A DNA stretch of 64,000 nucleotides, taken from Solirubrobacterales bacterium. Lineage in GTDB: Bacteria > Actinomycetota > Thermoleophilia > Solirubrobacterales > 70-9. Made by a program: the position numbers and the translations under genes. Where the stretch lies: contig DATFPK010000019.1 in the NCBI GenBank assembly GCA_035264885.1, forward strand, positions 2,885 through 66,884, written 5' to 3'. Position 1 is the first letter of the stretch, and each line of letters begins with the position of its first letter. Below the pieces are notes generated by a model. It did not search any database. It worked only from the letters and a program-made list of their open reading frames with translations, and had not been told where the DNA came from. Below, piece by piece: positions 26,530 through 35,540 of this stretch.

Positions 26530-27366
26530 TCAGCGATCGTAGCTCCCGGTTCTCAGGCGCCCCTGGAGGCCCGATCCGACCGCGGCGGAGAGATAGAGCC
26601 CGACGACGCACAGCGCGATCGACGCCGAGGCGGCGGTGTCGGCGTAGTAGGAGAGGTAGATCCCCCCCGCCCCCGCGATCGCCGCGGCCCCCGTGGCGAG
26701 CGCCATCATCGGCACCAGCCTGTCGGTCAGCAGGCGCGCCGTCGCCGCCGGTCCGACGAGGACCGCGACCGCCAGCAGGTTGCCGAGTCCCTCGACGGCG
26801 ACCAGGATCGCGAGCCCGAGGAGCCCCAGCAGTGCGGCATCGACGGGAAGGACGCGCAGGCCGAGTGATCTCGCCGCGCCGCGGTCGAAGCCGATCGCCT
26901 GGAGGCGAGGATGGAGAACCCAGAGGACGGCGAGGATTACCGCCGTCAGGCCGGTGCCGGCCAGAAGATCCACAGTCGAGACCCCGAGGATGCTCCCGAA
27001 GAGGAGGTTGGCGACCCCGGGCGGCGAGTCGGGGGACAGCGCCAGCAGCACCCCGGCGCCGAAGACCGTGGTCACGACGATCGCGACCGCCGCGTCGGCG
27101 TCCGTCTCCGGCATCCGCGAGGCCAAGGCGACGCCGGCCACCGCGACGGCGAGGCCGGCGGCTCCACCGAGCAGCAGCGGGATCCCGGTCAGTGCCGCGA
27201 GGACGAGGCCGGGGAACATCCCGTGCGCCAGCGACTCCGCCGCGTACGCCAGGCGATACAGCACGATCCAGCAGCCGAGCGCGCCGCCGGCGGCGGCCAG
27301 AATCACCACCTCGAGCAGCGCCCGCGCCGAGGAGCCGTGGGCCAGCGGGTCGAGCAGGGGGGTCAC
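26530..27366 (-). CDS. metal ABC transporter permease (ABC-3 family)
   Basis: 278 aa with 8-9 TM helices. GTGA overlap with the upstream ATPase gene. Confidence 0.9.
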   Translation of the reverse strand: MTPLLDPLAHGSSARALLEVVILAAAGGALGCWIVLYRLAYAAESLAHGMFPGLVLAALTGIPLLLGGAAGLAVAVAGVALASRMPETDADAAVAIVVTTVFGAGVLLALSPDSPPGVANLLFGSILGVSTVDLLAGTGLTAVILAVLWVLHPRLQAIGFDRGAARSLGLRVLPVDAALLGLLGLAILVAVEGLGNLLAVAVLVGPAATARLLTDRLVPMMALATGAAAIAGAGGIYLSYYADTAASASIALCVVGLYLSAAVGSGLQGRLRTGSYDR

Positions 27367-28133
27367 GCCGGCCCTCTGTCCGCGCCATGGTCGTGGTGGT
27401 CGTGGTGATGCGGCGGCAGAATGCCCCTCCCCTCCCCCGGGATCTCGATGATCTGCCCCCCGTAGGTGGCCTCGAGCACCTCCCGGCTCAGGACCTGCTC
27501 CGGCGGCCCGAAGGCGAGCTGGCGCCGGTTGATGCAGAGGACGGCGTCCCAGCGCCTGGCCTGCGAGACGTCGTGGGTGGCGATCACCACCGCGTTGCCG
27601 CCCGCTGCGAGGTCGTCGATCAGCGACTCGAGGCGATCGGAGCTCGGCGAGTCGAGGCCGCTGAAGGGCTCATCCAGGAGCAGGAGGCGAGCGTCGGCGA
27701 CAAGGGCGCGGGCGATCAGCACCCGCTGGCGCTGCCCGCCCGACAGGGCACCGAACCTCTCGCGTGCATGCCCGTCCAGCCCGACCCGTTCGAGCGCCGC
27801 CCGCGCCGCCTCCCGCTGCGCCCGGCCGGGCCGCTGCCACCAGGCGAGGCGCGGCAGCGACCCCATCAACGCGACGTCGAGCGCCGAGACCGGATAGTCG
27901 AGGCGCGAATGGTCGGTCTGGGGCACCGTCGAGATCGGCGCATCGACCGAAAGCGTTCCCTCCGCAGCGCGGAGGTGACCGAGGAGCGCCCTGAACAGGG
28001 TCGTCTTGCCGCCCCCATTGGGCCCGAGCAGCCCGATCCGGGAGCCGGCGTCGAAGCGGAAGCCAACCCCGTGGATCGCGGGCGTGCCGTCATAGCCCGC
28101 CGCCAGCCCGTCCGCTCTGGCGAGCACGGTCAC
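27363..28133 (-). CDS. metal ABC transporter ATP-binding protein
   Basis: Walker A GPNGGGKTT, signature LSGGQRQR, Walker B LLLLDEP. GTG 28133 forms a GTGA overlap with the upstream stop. The longest ORF starts at 28157. Confidence 0.9.
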   Translation of the reverse strand: MTVLARADGLAAGYDGTPAIHGVGFRFDAGSRIGLLGPNGGGKTTLFRALLGHLRAAEGTLSVDAPISTVPQTDHSRLDYPVSALDVALMGSLPRLAWWQRPGRAQREAARAALERVGLDGHARERFGALSGGQRQRVLIARALVADARLLLLDEPFSGLDSPSSDRLESLIDDLAAGGNAVVIATHDVSQARRWDAVLCINRRQLAFGPPEQVLSREVLEATYGGQIIEIPGEGRGILPPHHHDHHDHGADRGPA

Positions 28134-29863
28134 CGAGCGTCCTCCGCCAGGCGGCACCGGAGCCGGCCCCCCGTCAGCCCGCGGACGATGGCGTCCGTGT
28201 TCTCGGCCTCCATGCCCAGATAGGTTCCGGCGGGGTCGTCCTCCGGCGCGAGCGTATCCGTGTGCAGCTCCTCCCCCACCTCGGCGCCGCCGTCGGCGGC
28301 AACGGCATCGACCAGGTCGTGCGGGACGCCGCTCTCGGGGAAGACGGCTTCGATGCCGTCGCGCTCGATGAGGTCGGCCAGGTCGGCCAGCTCGCCGGCG
28401 GAGGGTTGGGCCTCCTCGTTCAGCGCCGGGGACAGGGATCCGGCCACCTGAAGGCCATACCGGTTCGCGTAGTAGCCGAGGGCGCCGTGCTGCGCCACGA
28501 GCTCACGGCTGGCGGCTGGGATGCGGGCCACGCAGCGCGCCACGTCCCGGTCGACGCGGCGGATCCTCCCGAGGTAGGCGGCGGCGCGCCGGCGGAGCTC
28601 GGGACCCGTCCGCGGCTCGGCCGCGGCCAGCGCGCCCTCGATCTCAGCGACCGCAGCGGCGGCGTTGCGCGGGTCATGCCACCAATGCGGATCCGTCTCA
28701 CCCTGGTCGTGGCCGTGCCCATCGAGCGGGACGCGCAGGTTGCGGTCGAGGCTGACCACGATCGCCTCGCTGCCGCTGCCGTCGACGAGTGTGCCGGTCC
28801 AGTCGTCGATGTCGCCGCCGCTGCGGAAGATGATCTCGGCCTCGGCCGTGGCGCTCACGTCCGAGGGCCGTGGCTCGTACTCGTGCGGGTCGGTGCCCGG
28901 CTCGACGACCTGCTCGACGTCGACCCCGGGCCCAGCGACATTGCGGACGAGGTCCGCGACCTCCGGCGTGGTGGCGACGACGCCGAGCCGGTCCCGTCCC
29001 ACGGCCACCGGACCGCAGCCGGCCAATGCCAGCCCGCCCAGGACCACGGCCGCAAGCGCCGCCTGGCGGGCACCGAGCGAGCGTGAGACCGCCACCCCCG
29101 CGAAGACCAGGCCGGATAGGACGGCGATCGCCGCCCCGGGCGGCGCGTCGGTCTCGATCGCCAGCCAGATCCCGAGGATCCCTTCGACGGCGGCGAGGGC
29201 CGTGGCGCCCAGCTGAAGGGCCGGCAGGCTGCTCGTGAGGAGGCGCACCGTGGCGGCGGGGACCACGAGGATCGCGGTCACCAGCAGCGCGCCGACGGTG
29301 GTGAGCGCGGCGGTGGCCGCCAATGCGACCGCCGCCAGCAGCAGGCCCTCGAGCCACGCCGTACCGGCGCCCAGCGCCGTCGCCGTCGCCGGGTCGAACC
29401 CGCGCGCCAGCCAGCGCGGTCCCGCGAACGCGGCAGTGGCGAGCGCCAGTCCGGCGGCGCCTCCGGCGAGCCACAGGTCTCCGGTGTCGATCAGCAACAG
29501 AGAGCCGAACAGCAGCGTCTCGACGTTCGGCCCCGAGGCGAAGATGTCGCTCGCAAGGATCACCCCTGCGGCGAGGCATCCCACCAGGACCAGGGCGGTG
29601 ACGCTGTCGGCTCCCGTCCGGTGTGAGCGTCCGACCGCCGCCGAGGCAACGACGAAAGCCAGGGCCGCCCCGAACCCCCCCAGGGCAGCCGCGAACCCCA
29701 GTCCCTCGGCGAGCACCAGCCCGGGGAAAGTCGCGGTCCCCACCGCGTGCACGAAGAAGGCCAGGCCGCGGAGGACGATGAAGCTGCCGAGCAGTCCGGA
29801 GACGACCGACAGCAGCAGGACCGCGGCGATCCCCGCCTGGACGTAGGGAAGCTCGATCGGCAC
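28130..29863 (-). CDS. ABC-3 permease fused in frame to a TroA/ZnuA-like metal-binding lipoprotein
   Basis: Residues 1 to about 256 form the permease. From the internal GTG 29095 the sequence reads MAVSRSLGARQAALAAVVLGGLALAGC (lipobox), followed by SBP motifs DPHEYEP and DPHWWHDP. There is no stop between the two halves. Confidence 0.8.
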   Translation of the reverse strand: MPIELPYVQAGIAAVLLLSVVSGLLGSFIVLRGLAFFVHAVGTATFPGLVLAEGLGFAAALGGFGAALAFVVASAAVGRSHRTGADSVTALVLVGCLAAGVILASDIFASGPNVETLLFGSLLLIDTGDLWLAGGAAGLALATAAFAGPRWLARGFDPATATALGAGTAWLEGLLLAAVALAATAALTTVGALLVTAILVVPAATVRLLTSSLPALQLGATALAAVEGILGIWLAIETDAPPGAAIAVLSGLVFAGVAVSRSLGARQAALAAVVLGGLALAGCGPVAVGRDRLGVVATTPEVADLVRNVAGPGVDVEQVVEPGTDPHEYEPRPSDVSATAEAEIIFRSGGDIDDWTGTLVDGSGSEAIVVSLDRNLRVPLDGHGHDQGETDPHWWHDPRNAAAAVAEIEGALAAAEPRTGPELRRRAAAYLGRIRRVDRDVARCVARIPAASRELVAQHGALGYYANRYGLQVAGSLSPALNEEAQPSAGELADLADLIERDGIEAVFPESGVPHDLVDAVAADGGAEVGEELHTDTLAPEDDPAGTYLGMEAENTDAIVRGLTGGRLRCRLAEDAR

Positions 29864-29882
29864 CTAGCGACCTTAGCAAGAA

Positions 29883-29901
29883 TGAGAGTTGATCTCATCA
29901 A
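29883..29901. promoter_or_regulatory. candidate Fur-family (Zur-like) operator upstream of the metal ABC operon
   Basis: AT-rich overlapping palindromes TGAGAGTTGATCTCA and TTGATCTCATCAA, 20-38 nt upstream of GTG 29863. Confidence 0.35.
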
Positions 29902-29962
29902 GCGCCATCGACTACCATCGACGGGCCGAACCGTTGGCCCGGCGAAAGCCCCTCGACGCGCC

Positions 29963-30310
29963 ATGGTGCGAGAGATCACCCCCAACCCGCAGGCCGGTAC
30001 GCGCGCTCGCGACTACGCGCGTGAAGTGACGCGTGGCCTCTACCCACGCCTCGAGTCCGATCTGTGCAGCGTCGTCACCGAGCTCGTCCAGGTTGCCTTC
30101 ATGAACGATCCCGAACGCCCGATATTCCTCTCCCTGCGGCGGCACCACACGACTGTCTCGGGCACGGTCGAGACCTACAGCGAGGAGTTGGCGGGCGGCG
30201 AACAGGCCCGCCTCACCCGGAGAATCCTCGACGCCCTCTGCGCCGAGTGGGAATTCGTCTCGGACCGCGGGCGCACCCACGTCTGGTTCTGGCTCGCGCC
30301 CAGAGGCTAA
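29963..30310 (+). CDS. hypothetical protein with weak resemblance to RsbW-type anti-sigma kinase (HATPase_c_2) fold
   Basis: ATG 29963. Pattern ...VVTELVQVAF...TVSGTVETYS...ILDALCAEWEFVSDRGRTHVWFWL. Lower GC than the surroundings. Confidence 0.45.
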   Translation: MVREITPNPQAGTRARDYAREVTRGLYPRLESDLCSVVTELVQVAFMNDPERPIFLSLRRHHTTVSGTVETYSEELAGGEQARLTRRILDALCAEWEFVSDRGRTHVWFWLAPRG

Positions 30311-30361
30311 ACGCGAAGAATCGGGAGGCGGGTGAACGAGCCGGCGTGGGAACGCGGGAGC

Positions 30362-30531
30362 TGAGGAGTCGATGAATTCGCACGCGCTGAGGTCGACCAG
30401 GATGTCCTCGGGTCCGTCGACCGTCCCGTCCATCACCGCGTCTACTGGTCGACGGTTGCCAGGTCGATCTCACCGACCACGACAACTCCGCAAACTCCCT
30501 TGAGGAGACGACGCTCATCAACCGCCACGTG
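30362..30531 (-). pseudogene. STAS-domain anti-sigma-factor antagonist remnant (frameshifted and truncated)
   Basis: Frame A reads VAVDERRLLKGVCGVVVVGEIDLATVDQ then TAG. A shifted frame reads VDAVMDGTVDGPEDILVDLSACEFIDSS. The rest of the domain is missing. Confidence 0.45.
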
Positions 30532-30583
30532 GGGCGTCGGTCCTCGCGCCTGCCGCGGTGATCAGGCGCCCGACCGCCGGGCC

Positions 30584-30922
30584 CTAGTGGCGCTTCCAGC
30601 CGCGCCCGAAGAGCCGGCTGATGCGACCCGATGAGAGGTTGGGCCGGTAGCGCGGATGGCCCTTCTCCGGTGGCGGCAGCTCAGCGGCCTCGGCGGCGGT
30701 GACCGCCAGGGTCACGGCGCGCTCGGCCGTCCGCCGGACCTCGGGGGCGTCGGCGAAGCGAAGGTTCCCCTCGTGGTCCTCGAAGACGACCCCGTCGAAA
30801 ATGTGCTCGCGGTAGTTGTCGAGGATCGCCTCGACCCTTCCGACCTCGACCTCGTCCGAGCTGAAGACCGGCGTCCCGCGGGGCACGGCCGCGTAGTGGA
30901 CGGCCTGTCCTTCGTCGATCAC
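30584..30922 (-). CDS. hypothetical protein, PRC-barrel-like
   Basis: 112 aa. GTPVFSSDEVEVGRVEAIL pattern. High GC3. Confidence 0.6.
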   Translation of the reverse strand: MIDEGQAVHYAAVPRGTPVFSSDEVEVGRVEAILDNYREHIFDGVVFEDHEGNLRFADAPEVRRTAERAVTLAVTAAEAAELPPPEKGHPRYRPNLSSGRISRLFGRGWKRH

Positions 30923-30941
30923 CCCGGACAGGTTATTGGGG

Positions 30942-31814
30942 TCACTCGACCGGCCCGGCCGACCTGTCGGCCAGGCGCGCGCGGACGCCCTCCTCCTCGC
31001 AGAAGGACGCGACCTCGCGCGAGAGCTTGCCGCCCTGCCACGCCAGGGGGCTCTCCCCCTCCTCCTCGCTGATCAGCCGCGCCTGCGGGAGTCGTGCCGC
31101 GTAGGCCTCGGCCACCGCGTAGGGGTGGCCAGGGTCGGCGAGGTCGTGGCTTGCGACGACGAGCGCCGGCACGCCAAGGAACTCGAGCTCGGACATGTCG
31201 TCGAACGGCCGGGACCGCGGCACTTCGCGCAAAGCCGTGGCAACGGCCTCGAGGTCCCGGTGGGCCTCCATCCGGGCCCGCGTGAACCGCAGGACGGTGT
31301 CGCGCCAGTCGGGATCGAGACCCTGGCGGTCGATGAAGGCCAGGAACCCGTCGATTCCCTCCGCCTCGAGCCCTTCCGCCAGGCCATCCCAGTATTCGAG
31401 CGCCTCGTCGGTGATCAGACCGGCGTATACCGGCCCGATGACCACCAGCCCGGCGATCCGGTCGGGGTTCTCGAGGGCGAACGCGACGGCGGTGTGCGAG
31501 CCCATCGAGTGACCGCCGAGCACGAGTGGCCCGGCGCCGACCGTCGCGCCGATCACGGCGTCGAGGTCGTCGGTCAAATCCGGATAGCCGTAACCCCCGC
31601 CGCCCGGCGCCGCGTCGGACTCCCCGTGGCCGCGGGCGTCGTAGATCACCGTCCGATGCCCCTTGCGGGGCAGGGCGCTGGATCCGTGGACGACCTGGTG
31701 CCGGGTGGCGGTGAGGCCGTGGCAGAGGACGACCGGCGCGCCCTCTCCCGTCCGCTCCCCGCGAAGGACGGGCTGCGCCCCGGCCGAAAAGGACTCGCCC
31801 CAGCGATCCGCCAC
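30942..31814 (-). CDS. alpha/beta hydrolase
   Basis: VVLCHGL and the nucleophile elbow GHSMGS. Confidence 0.9.
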   Translation of the reverse strand: MADRWGESFSAGAQPVLRGERTGEGAPVVLCHGLTATRHQVVHGSSALPRKGHRTVIYDARGHGESDAAPGGGGYGYPDLTDDLDAVIGATVGAGPLVLGGHSMGSHTAVAFALENPDRIAGLVVIGPVYAGLITDEALEYWDGLAEGLEAEGIDGFLAFIDRQGLDPDWRDTVLRFTRARMEAHRDLEAVATALREVPRSRPFDDMSELEFLGVPALVVASHDLADPGHPYAVAEAYAARLPQARLISEEEGESPLAWQGGKLSREVASFCEEEGVRARLADRSAGPVE

Positions 31815-31815
31815 G

Positions 31816-32502
31816 TCAGCGCTCCTCGATCTCCACCGAGTCGATCACGACCGGCTGCCGCGGCTTCTCGCTGGGTAGGCCCAGCCCGCCGATCCGCTCG
31901 ACCACGTCCATGCCCTCGCTGACCTCCCCGAGCAGCGCGTAGTCAGGGGGCAGCCCGAGGTCGGCCGAGGTGACCACGAAGAACTGGCTTCCCGAGCGGC
32001 CCGGCGGCTCGGCGCTCGTCTTGGCCATCGCCACGACGCCCTTCGTGTAGGCGAGGTCGCCCGGCGGCGTCTCGTCGACGGTGTACCCCGGCCCGCCGGT
32101 CCCGTCGCCGCGGGGGTCGCCGCCCTGGATCACCCCGAACTGCGGGTCGCTGGAGACGCGGTGGAACCCGAGACCGTCGTAGAAGCCGCGGCCGGCCAGG
32201 AAGGCAAACGAGTTCGTCGTCTTCGGCGCCCGGCGGGTATCGAGCGCGATCTCGAAGGTGCCGCAGCTCGTGTCGACGACCGCGGTCAGAGGTTCGCCCG
32301 GATCGACGGTCTGGGCGGGTGCCTGGAGATCGGCCCGCTTCGGCTCCGGCGCCGCGACGCTCTCGCAGCCCGCGGACGACGAGGCCGAAGAAGCCGCGTC
32401 GTCTTCCCCGCTCCGGCCGATCAGCACGGCGGCGACCGTGCCGACGGCGATCAGGGCGAAGGCTGCGAGCACGACGAGGCGACGGTCCCGGGGGGCGGCC
32501 AT
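31816..32502 (-). CDS. membrane-anchored cyclophilin-type peptidyl-prolyl isomerase
   Basis: N-terminal TM helix. FHRVSSDPQFGVIQGGDP...GVVAMAKT...GSQFFVV. Confidence 0.9.
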   Translation of the reverse strand: MAAPRDRRLVVLAAFALIAVGTVAAVLIGRSGEDDAASSASSSAGCESVAAPEPKRADLQAPAQTVDPGEPLTAVVDTSCGTFEIALDTRRAPKTTNSFAFLAGRGFYDGLGFHRVSSDPQFGVIQGGDPRGDGTGGPGYTVDETPPGDLAYTKGVVAMAKTSAEPPGRSGSQFFVVTSADLGLPPDYALLGEVSEGMDVVERIGGLGLPSEKPRQPVVIDSVEIEER

Positions 32503-32534
32503 CGGCCGCTCAGCCTAGATGACAACATCGCTCG

Positions 32535-33197
32535 GTGGCCGATGAGGGACCTACTCGCCGGAATCGCCTAATCGGCCGAGGTGTGAACGAGATCGTCGCG
32601 CGGGCCCCGTGGCTCTGGCCGCTGATTCGTCCCGCTGTGCGGCGGTTCTTCTCCGCGCACGCCGCCGGCTGGGCTGACCGCGTCGGGGCGGGATCAGCGG
32701 CACACCTGGCGCCGCTCGCGACGGCGGCGCTCCACGTCGGCGCCGCTCCCGAGCGCGTCCTCGACGTCGGCTGCGGAAGCGGCGAGGGCACCCTGTTCCT
32801 CGCCCGCGAGTTCCCCCAGGCGCGGGTCCGCGGCGTCGACATCTCCGAGGAGATGATCCGTTTGGCCCGCGGCCGGGTGGGTCTGGACCCGGAGGGGCGG
32901 ATCGCATTCAAGACCGGCGACGCGGCCGAGCTGCCCTACCCCGACGGATCGTTCGACCTCGTGGCGCAGCTCAACCTGCCGCCGTTCTTCGCCGAGCTGG
33001 CGCGCGTGCTCCGCCCCGGTGGGCACGTGATCGTCGCCGCCAGCTGGGGCCCCGACACCCCGTTCTACACACCTGAGCGCCGCCTGGCCTGGGGATTCGC
33101 GAAACGCGGGATCGCCCAGGTCGCGGCCGGGGAGGCGGGCTCGGGCACCTACTTCGTCGGGCAGCTCGAGACAGCCGGGGCGAGCCCGTCCACATAG
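32535..33197 (+). CDS. class I SAM-dependent methyltransferase
   Basis: Motif I VLDVGCGSGEGTLFLA. Methyltransf_11-like. Confidence 0.85.
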   Translation: MADEGPTRRNRLIGRGVNEIVARAPWLWPLIRPAVRRFFSAHAAGWADRVGAGSAAHLAPLATAALHVGAAPERVLDVGCGSGEGTLFLAREFPQARVRGVDISEEMIRLARGRVGLDPEGRIAFKTGDAAELPYPDGSFDLVAQLNLPPFFAELARVLRPGGHVIVAASWGPDTPFYTPERRLAWGFAKRGIAQVAAGEAGSGTYFVGQLETAGASPST

Positions 33198-33255
33198 CGG
33201 ACCGGGTACCCCGCACTTCTTTCGGACACGGCGACGGCAGGAATAGGCTGCGCCC

Positions 33256-34170
33256 ATGGAGAGCGGGGTCAGTAACCGCCCGACCCGCGACCGGCCGCTG
33301 GCGCTGCTCGTCAACCCGGCCTCGGGCGGCGGGCGCACGGCCGCGAAGCTGCCGCGGGTCGAGGAGGAGCTCGATAAGCGCCGGGCGGTCTTCCGGGTCG
33401 AGCGCACCCGCGACGCCGGTCACGCCGTCGCCGAGGCCCTGCGAGCTGCCGACGCCGGGGAAGTCCCCGTCGTGATGAGCGGCGACGGCCTGATCGCGAT
33501 CGTCGGCGGCGCTCTCGCCGGCACCCCCACCCCACTCGGCATCGTCCCGGGCGGCCGCGGGAACGACCTGGCCCGGGTCCTCGGCATCCCCAGCGACCCC
33601 GCCGGGGCGGTCACGGTCCTGACCACGGGCCGGGAGCGGCGGGTCGACGTCGGCGAGGCGAACGGCCGTCGCTTCCTCGGGGTCGCCAGCGTCGGCTTCG
33701 ACTCGGACGCCAACCGGATTGCCAACGAGACCAGGCTGGTCCGCGGCAACCTCGTATACGCCTATGCGGCGCTGCGGGCGCTGCTGGGCTGGAAGCACGC
33801 GCGCTTCACGATCGCGGTCGGCGAGGAGCGGATGCGGTTCACGGGCTACACCGTCGCCGTCGCGAACAGCAAAGCCTACGGCGGCGGGATGTTCATCGCC
33901 CCCGATGCCGACCTGGGCGACGGCGAGTTCGACGTGGTGATGTGCGGAGAGTCCGGCAAGCTCCACTTCGTCCGTAACCTGCCCAAGGTGTTCAAGGGCA
34001 CCCACGTCGATCAGGAGGAGATCAGGATCTTCCGGACGTCGCACCTCGAGGTGAGCGCCAGCCGCCCGTTCGCCATGTACGCCGACGGCGAGCGCCTGAC
34101 CGACCTGCCGGCGAGGTTGCGCGTCCTCCCCGACGCGCTCAGCGTGATCGTGCCGGCGACCGGCGCTTGA
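33256..34170 (+). CDS. diacylglycerol-kinase-family lipid kinase (YegS/DagK-like)
   Basis: LLVNPASGGG, SGDGLI, GRGNDLARVLG. TTGA overlap with murT. Confidence 0.9.
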   Translation: MESGVSNRPTRDRPLALLVNPASGGGRTAAKLPRVEEELDKRRAVFRVERTRDAGHAVAEALRAADAGEVPVVMSGDGLIAIVGGALAGTPTPLGIVPGGRGNDLARVLGIPSDPAGAVTVLTTGRERRVDVGEANGRRFLGVASVGFDSDANRIANETRLVRGNLVYAYAALRALLGWKHARFTIAVGEERMRFTGYTVAVANSKAYGGGMFIAPDADLGDGEFDVVMCGESGKLHFVRNLPKVFKGTHVDQEEIRIFRTSHLEVSASRPFAMYADGERLTDLPARLRVLPDALSVIVPATGA

Positions 34171-35540
34171 GCGCCTTCGGGGCGAAGCTCGCCTTGTCGC
34201 GGGCTCTCGGCGTTGTGAGCCGGGCGAGCGGACGGGGCGGCGGGACGACCCTGCCGGGCCGCGTCCTGCTGCGGCTGGAGCCGAGCGCGATCGCCAGGCT
34301 GGGCGCCCGCCTGGATCGCGGCGCCACGGTGATCAGCGCGACCAACGGGAAGACGACCACCGCCGGGATGCTGGCGTCGATCCTCGCGTCGGCCGGCCGC
34401 CATCCGGTGCACAACCGGGCCGGGTCGAACATGACCTGGGGCGTCGCGACCGCGCTGCTCGAGCAGGAGGGCGAGGAGGGGTTGTTCGAGGTGGACGAGG
34501 CCTGGCTGCCCCGCGTGGTGGAGCAGCTCGACGCCCGACTCGCCCTCCTCGGCAACCTGTTCCGCGACCAGCTCGACCGCTACGGGGAGCTCGAGACCCT
34601 GGCCGACGAATGGGCGGCGCTGGTCGACCGACGGGCCGGTCGAACCTCCTGGGTCCTCAACGCCGACGACCCGCTCGTCGCCGACCTCGGCCGTGACCGC
34701 GACGGGAGCCCGCGCGAGGCCGTGACCTATTTCGGCATCGACGACCCCGGTCAGGCGCTGCCCGAGCTGCAGCATGCCCACGACGCCAAGCACTGCCGCC
34801 GCTGCGGTCACGCGTACGAGTACGCGCGGGCCTTCGTCGGGCACCTCGGCCACTACCGTTGCCCCAGCTGCGGCGCCGAGCGGCCGGGGCCCGACGTGGC
34901 CGCGACGCGGATCGAGCTGCACGGGATGTCGGGCTCGACGGTCGCCGTGCGGACCCCCCAAGCCGAGTTCGAGCTGAGCGTCCCCCTGCCCGGTCTCTAC
35001 AACGTCTACAACGCGCTCGGGGCGCTGGCGGCGGCGCTGCGAATGGGCGCAACGCACGAGCAGGGCGCGACGGGCATCGGCCGGATGCGGGCGGTCTTCG
35101 GCCGGGTCGAGACGATCGAGGTCGAGGGGAAACCGGTCTCGATCCTGCTGATCAAGAACCCGGCCGGGGCGAACGAGGTCCTGCGGACGCTGCGGCTCGA
35201 GGCGGGGACCGGCCAGCTCGACCTCTGGATCGCTCTCAACGACCGGATCGCCGACGGCCGCGACGTCTCCTGGGTCTGGGACGCGGATTTCGAGCTGCTC
35301 GGCCCGCATGTGAGGCGAATCATCTGCGCGGGCACTCGAGCGGCCGAGATCGCGCTGCGGCTGAAGTACGCGGGCTGGCCGCAGGACCGGATCGAGGTCG
35401 AGCCGGCGATCGCCGCCTCGCTCGATGGCGCGGTCGCGCAGGCCTCCGACCGTCTCTTCGCTCTACCGACCTACACGGCGCTGCTCGAGCTGCGCAATCT
35501 GCTCGCCGACCGCGGTCTCGCGAAGGAGTACTGGGCGTGA
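34167..35540 (+). CDS. murT: lipid II isoglutaminyl synthase subunit MurT (Mur ligase family)
   Basis: P-loop ATNGKTTTAGM. Cys4 ribbon CRRCGHAYEY...YRCPSCG. DUF1727-like C-terminus. Confidence 0.9.
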   Translation: MSAFGAKLALSRALGVVSRASGRGGGTTLPGRVLLRLEPSAIARLGARLDRGATVISATNGKTTTAGMLASILASAGRHPVHNRAGSNMTWGVATALLEQEGEEGLFEVDEAWLPRVVEQLDARLALLGNLFRDQLDRYGELETLADEWAALVDRRAGRTSWVLNADDPLVADLGRDRDGSPREAVTYFGIDDPGQALPELQHAHDAKHCRRCGHAYEYARAFVGHLGHYRCPSCGAERPGPDVAATRIELHGMSGSTVAVRTPQAEFELSVPLPGLYNVYNALGALAAALRMGATHEQGATGIGRMRAVFGRVETIEVEGKPVSILLIKNPAGANEVLRTLRLEAGTGQLDLWIALNDRIADGRDVSWVWDADFELLGPHVRRIICAGTRAAEIALRLKYAGWPQDRIEVEPAIAASLDGAVAQASDRLFALPTYTALLELRNLLADRGLAKEYWA

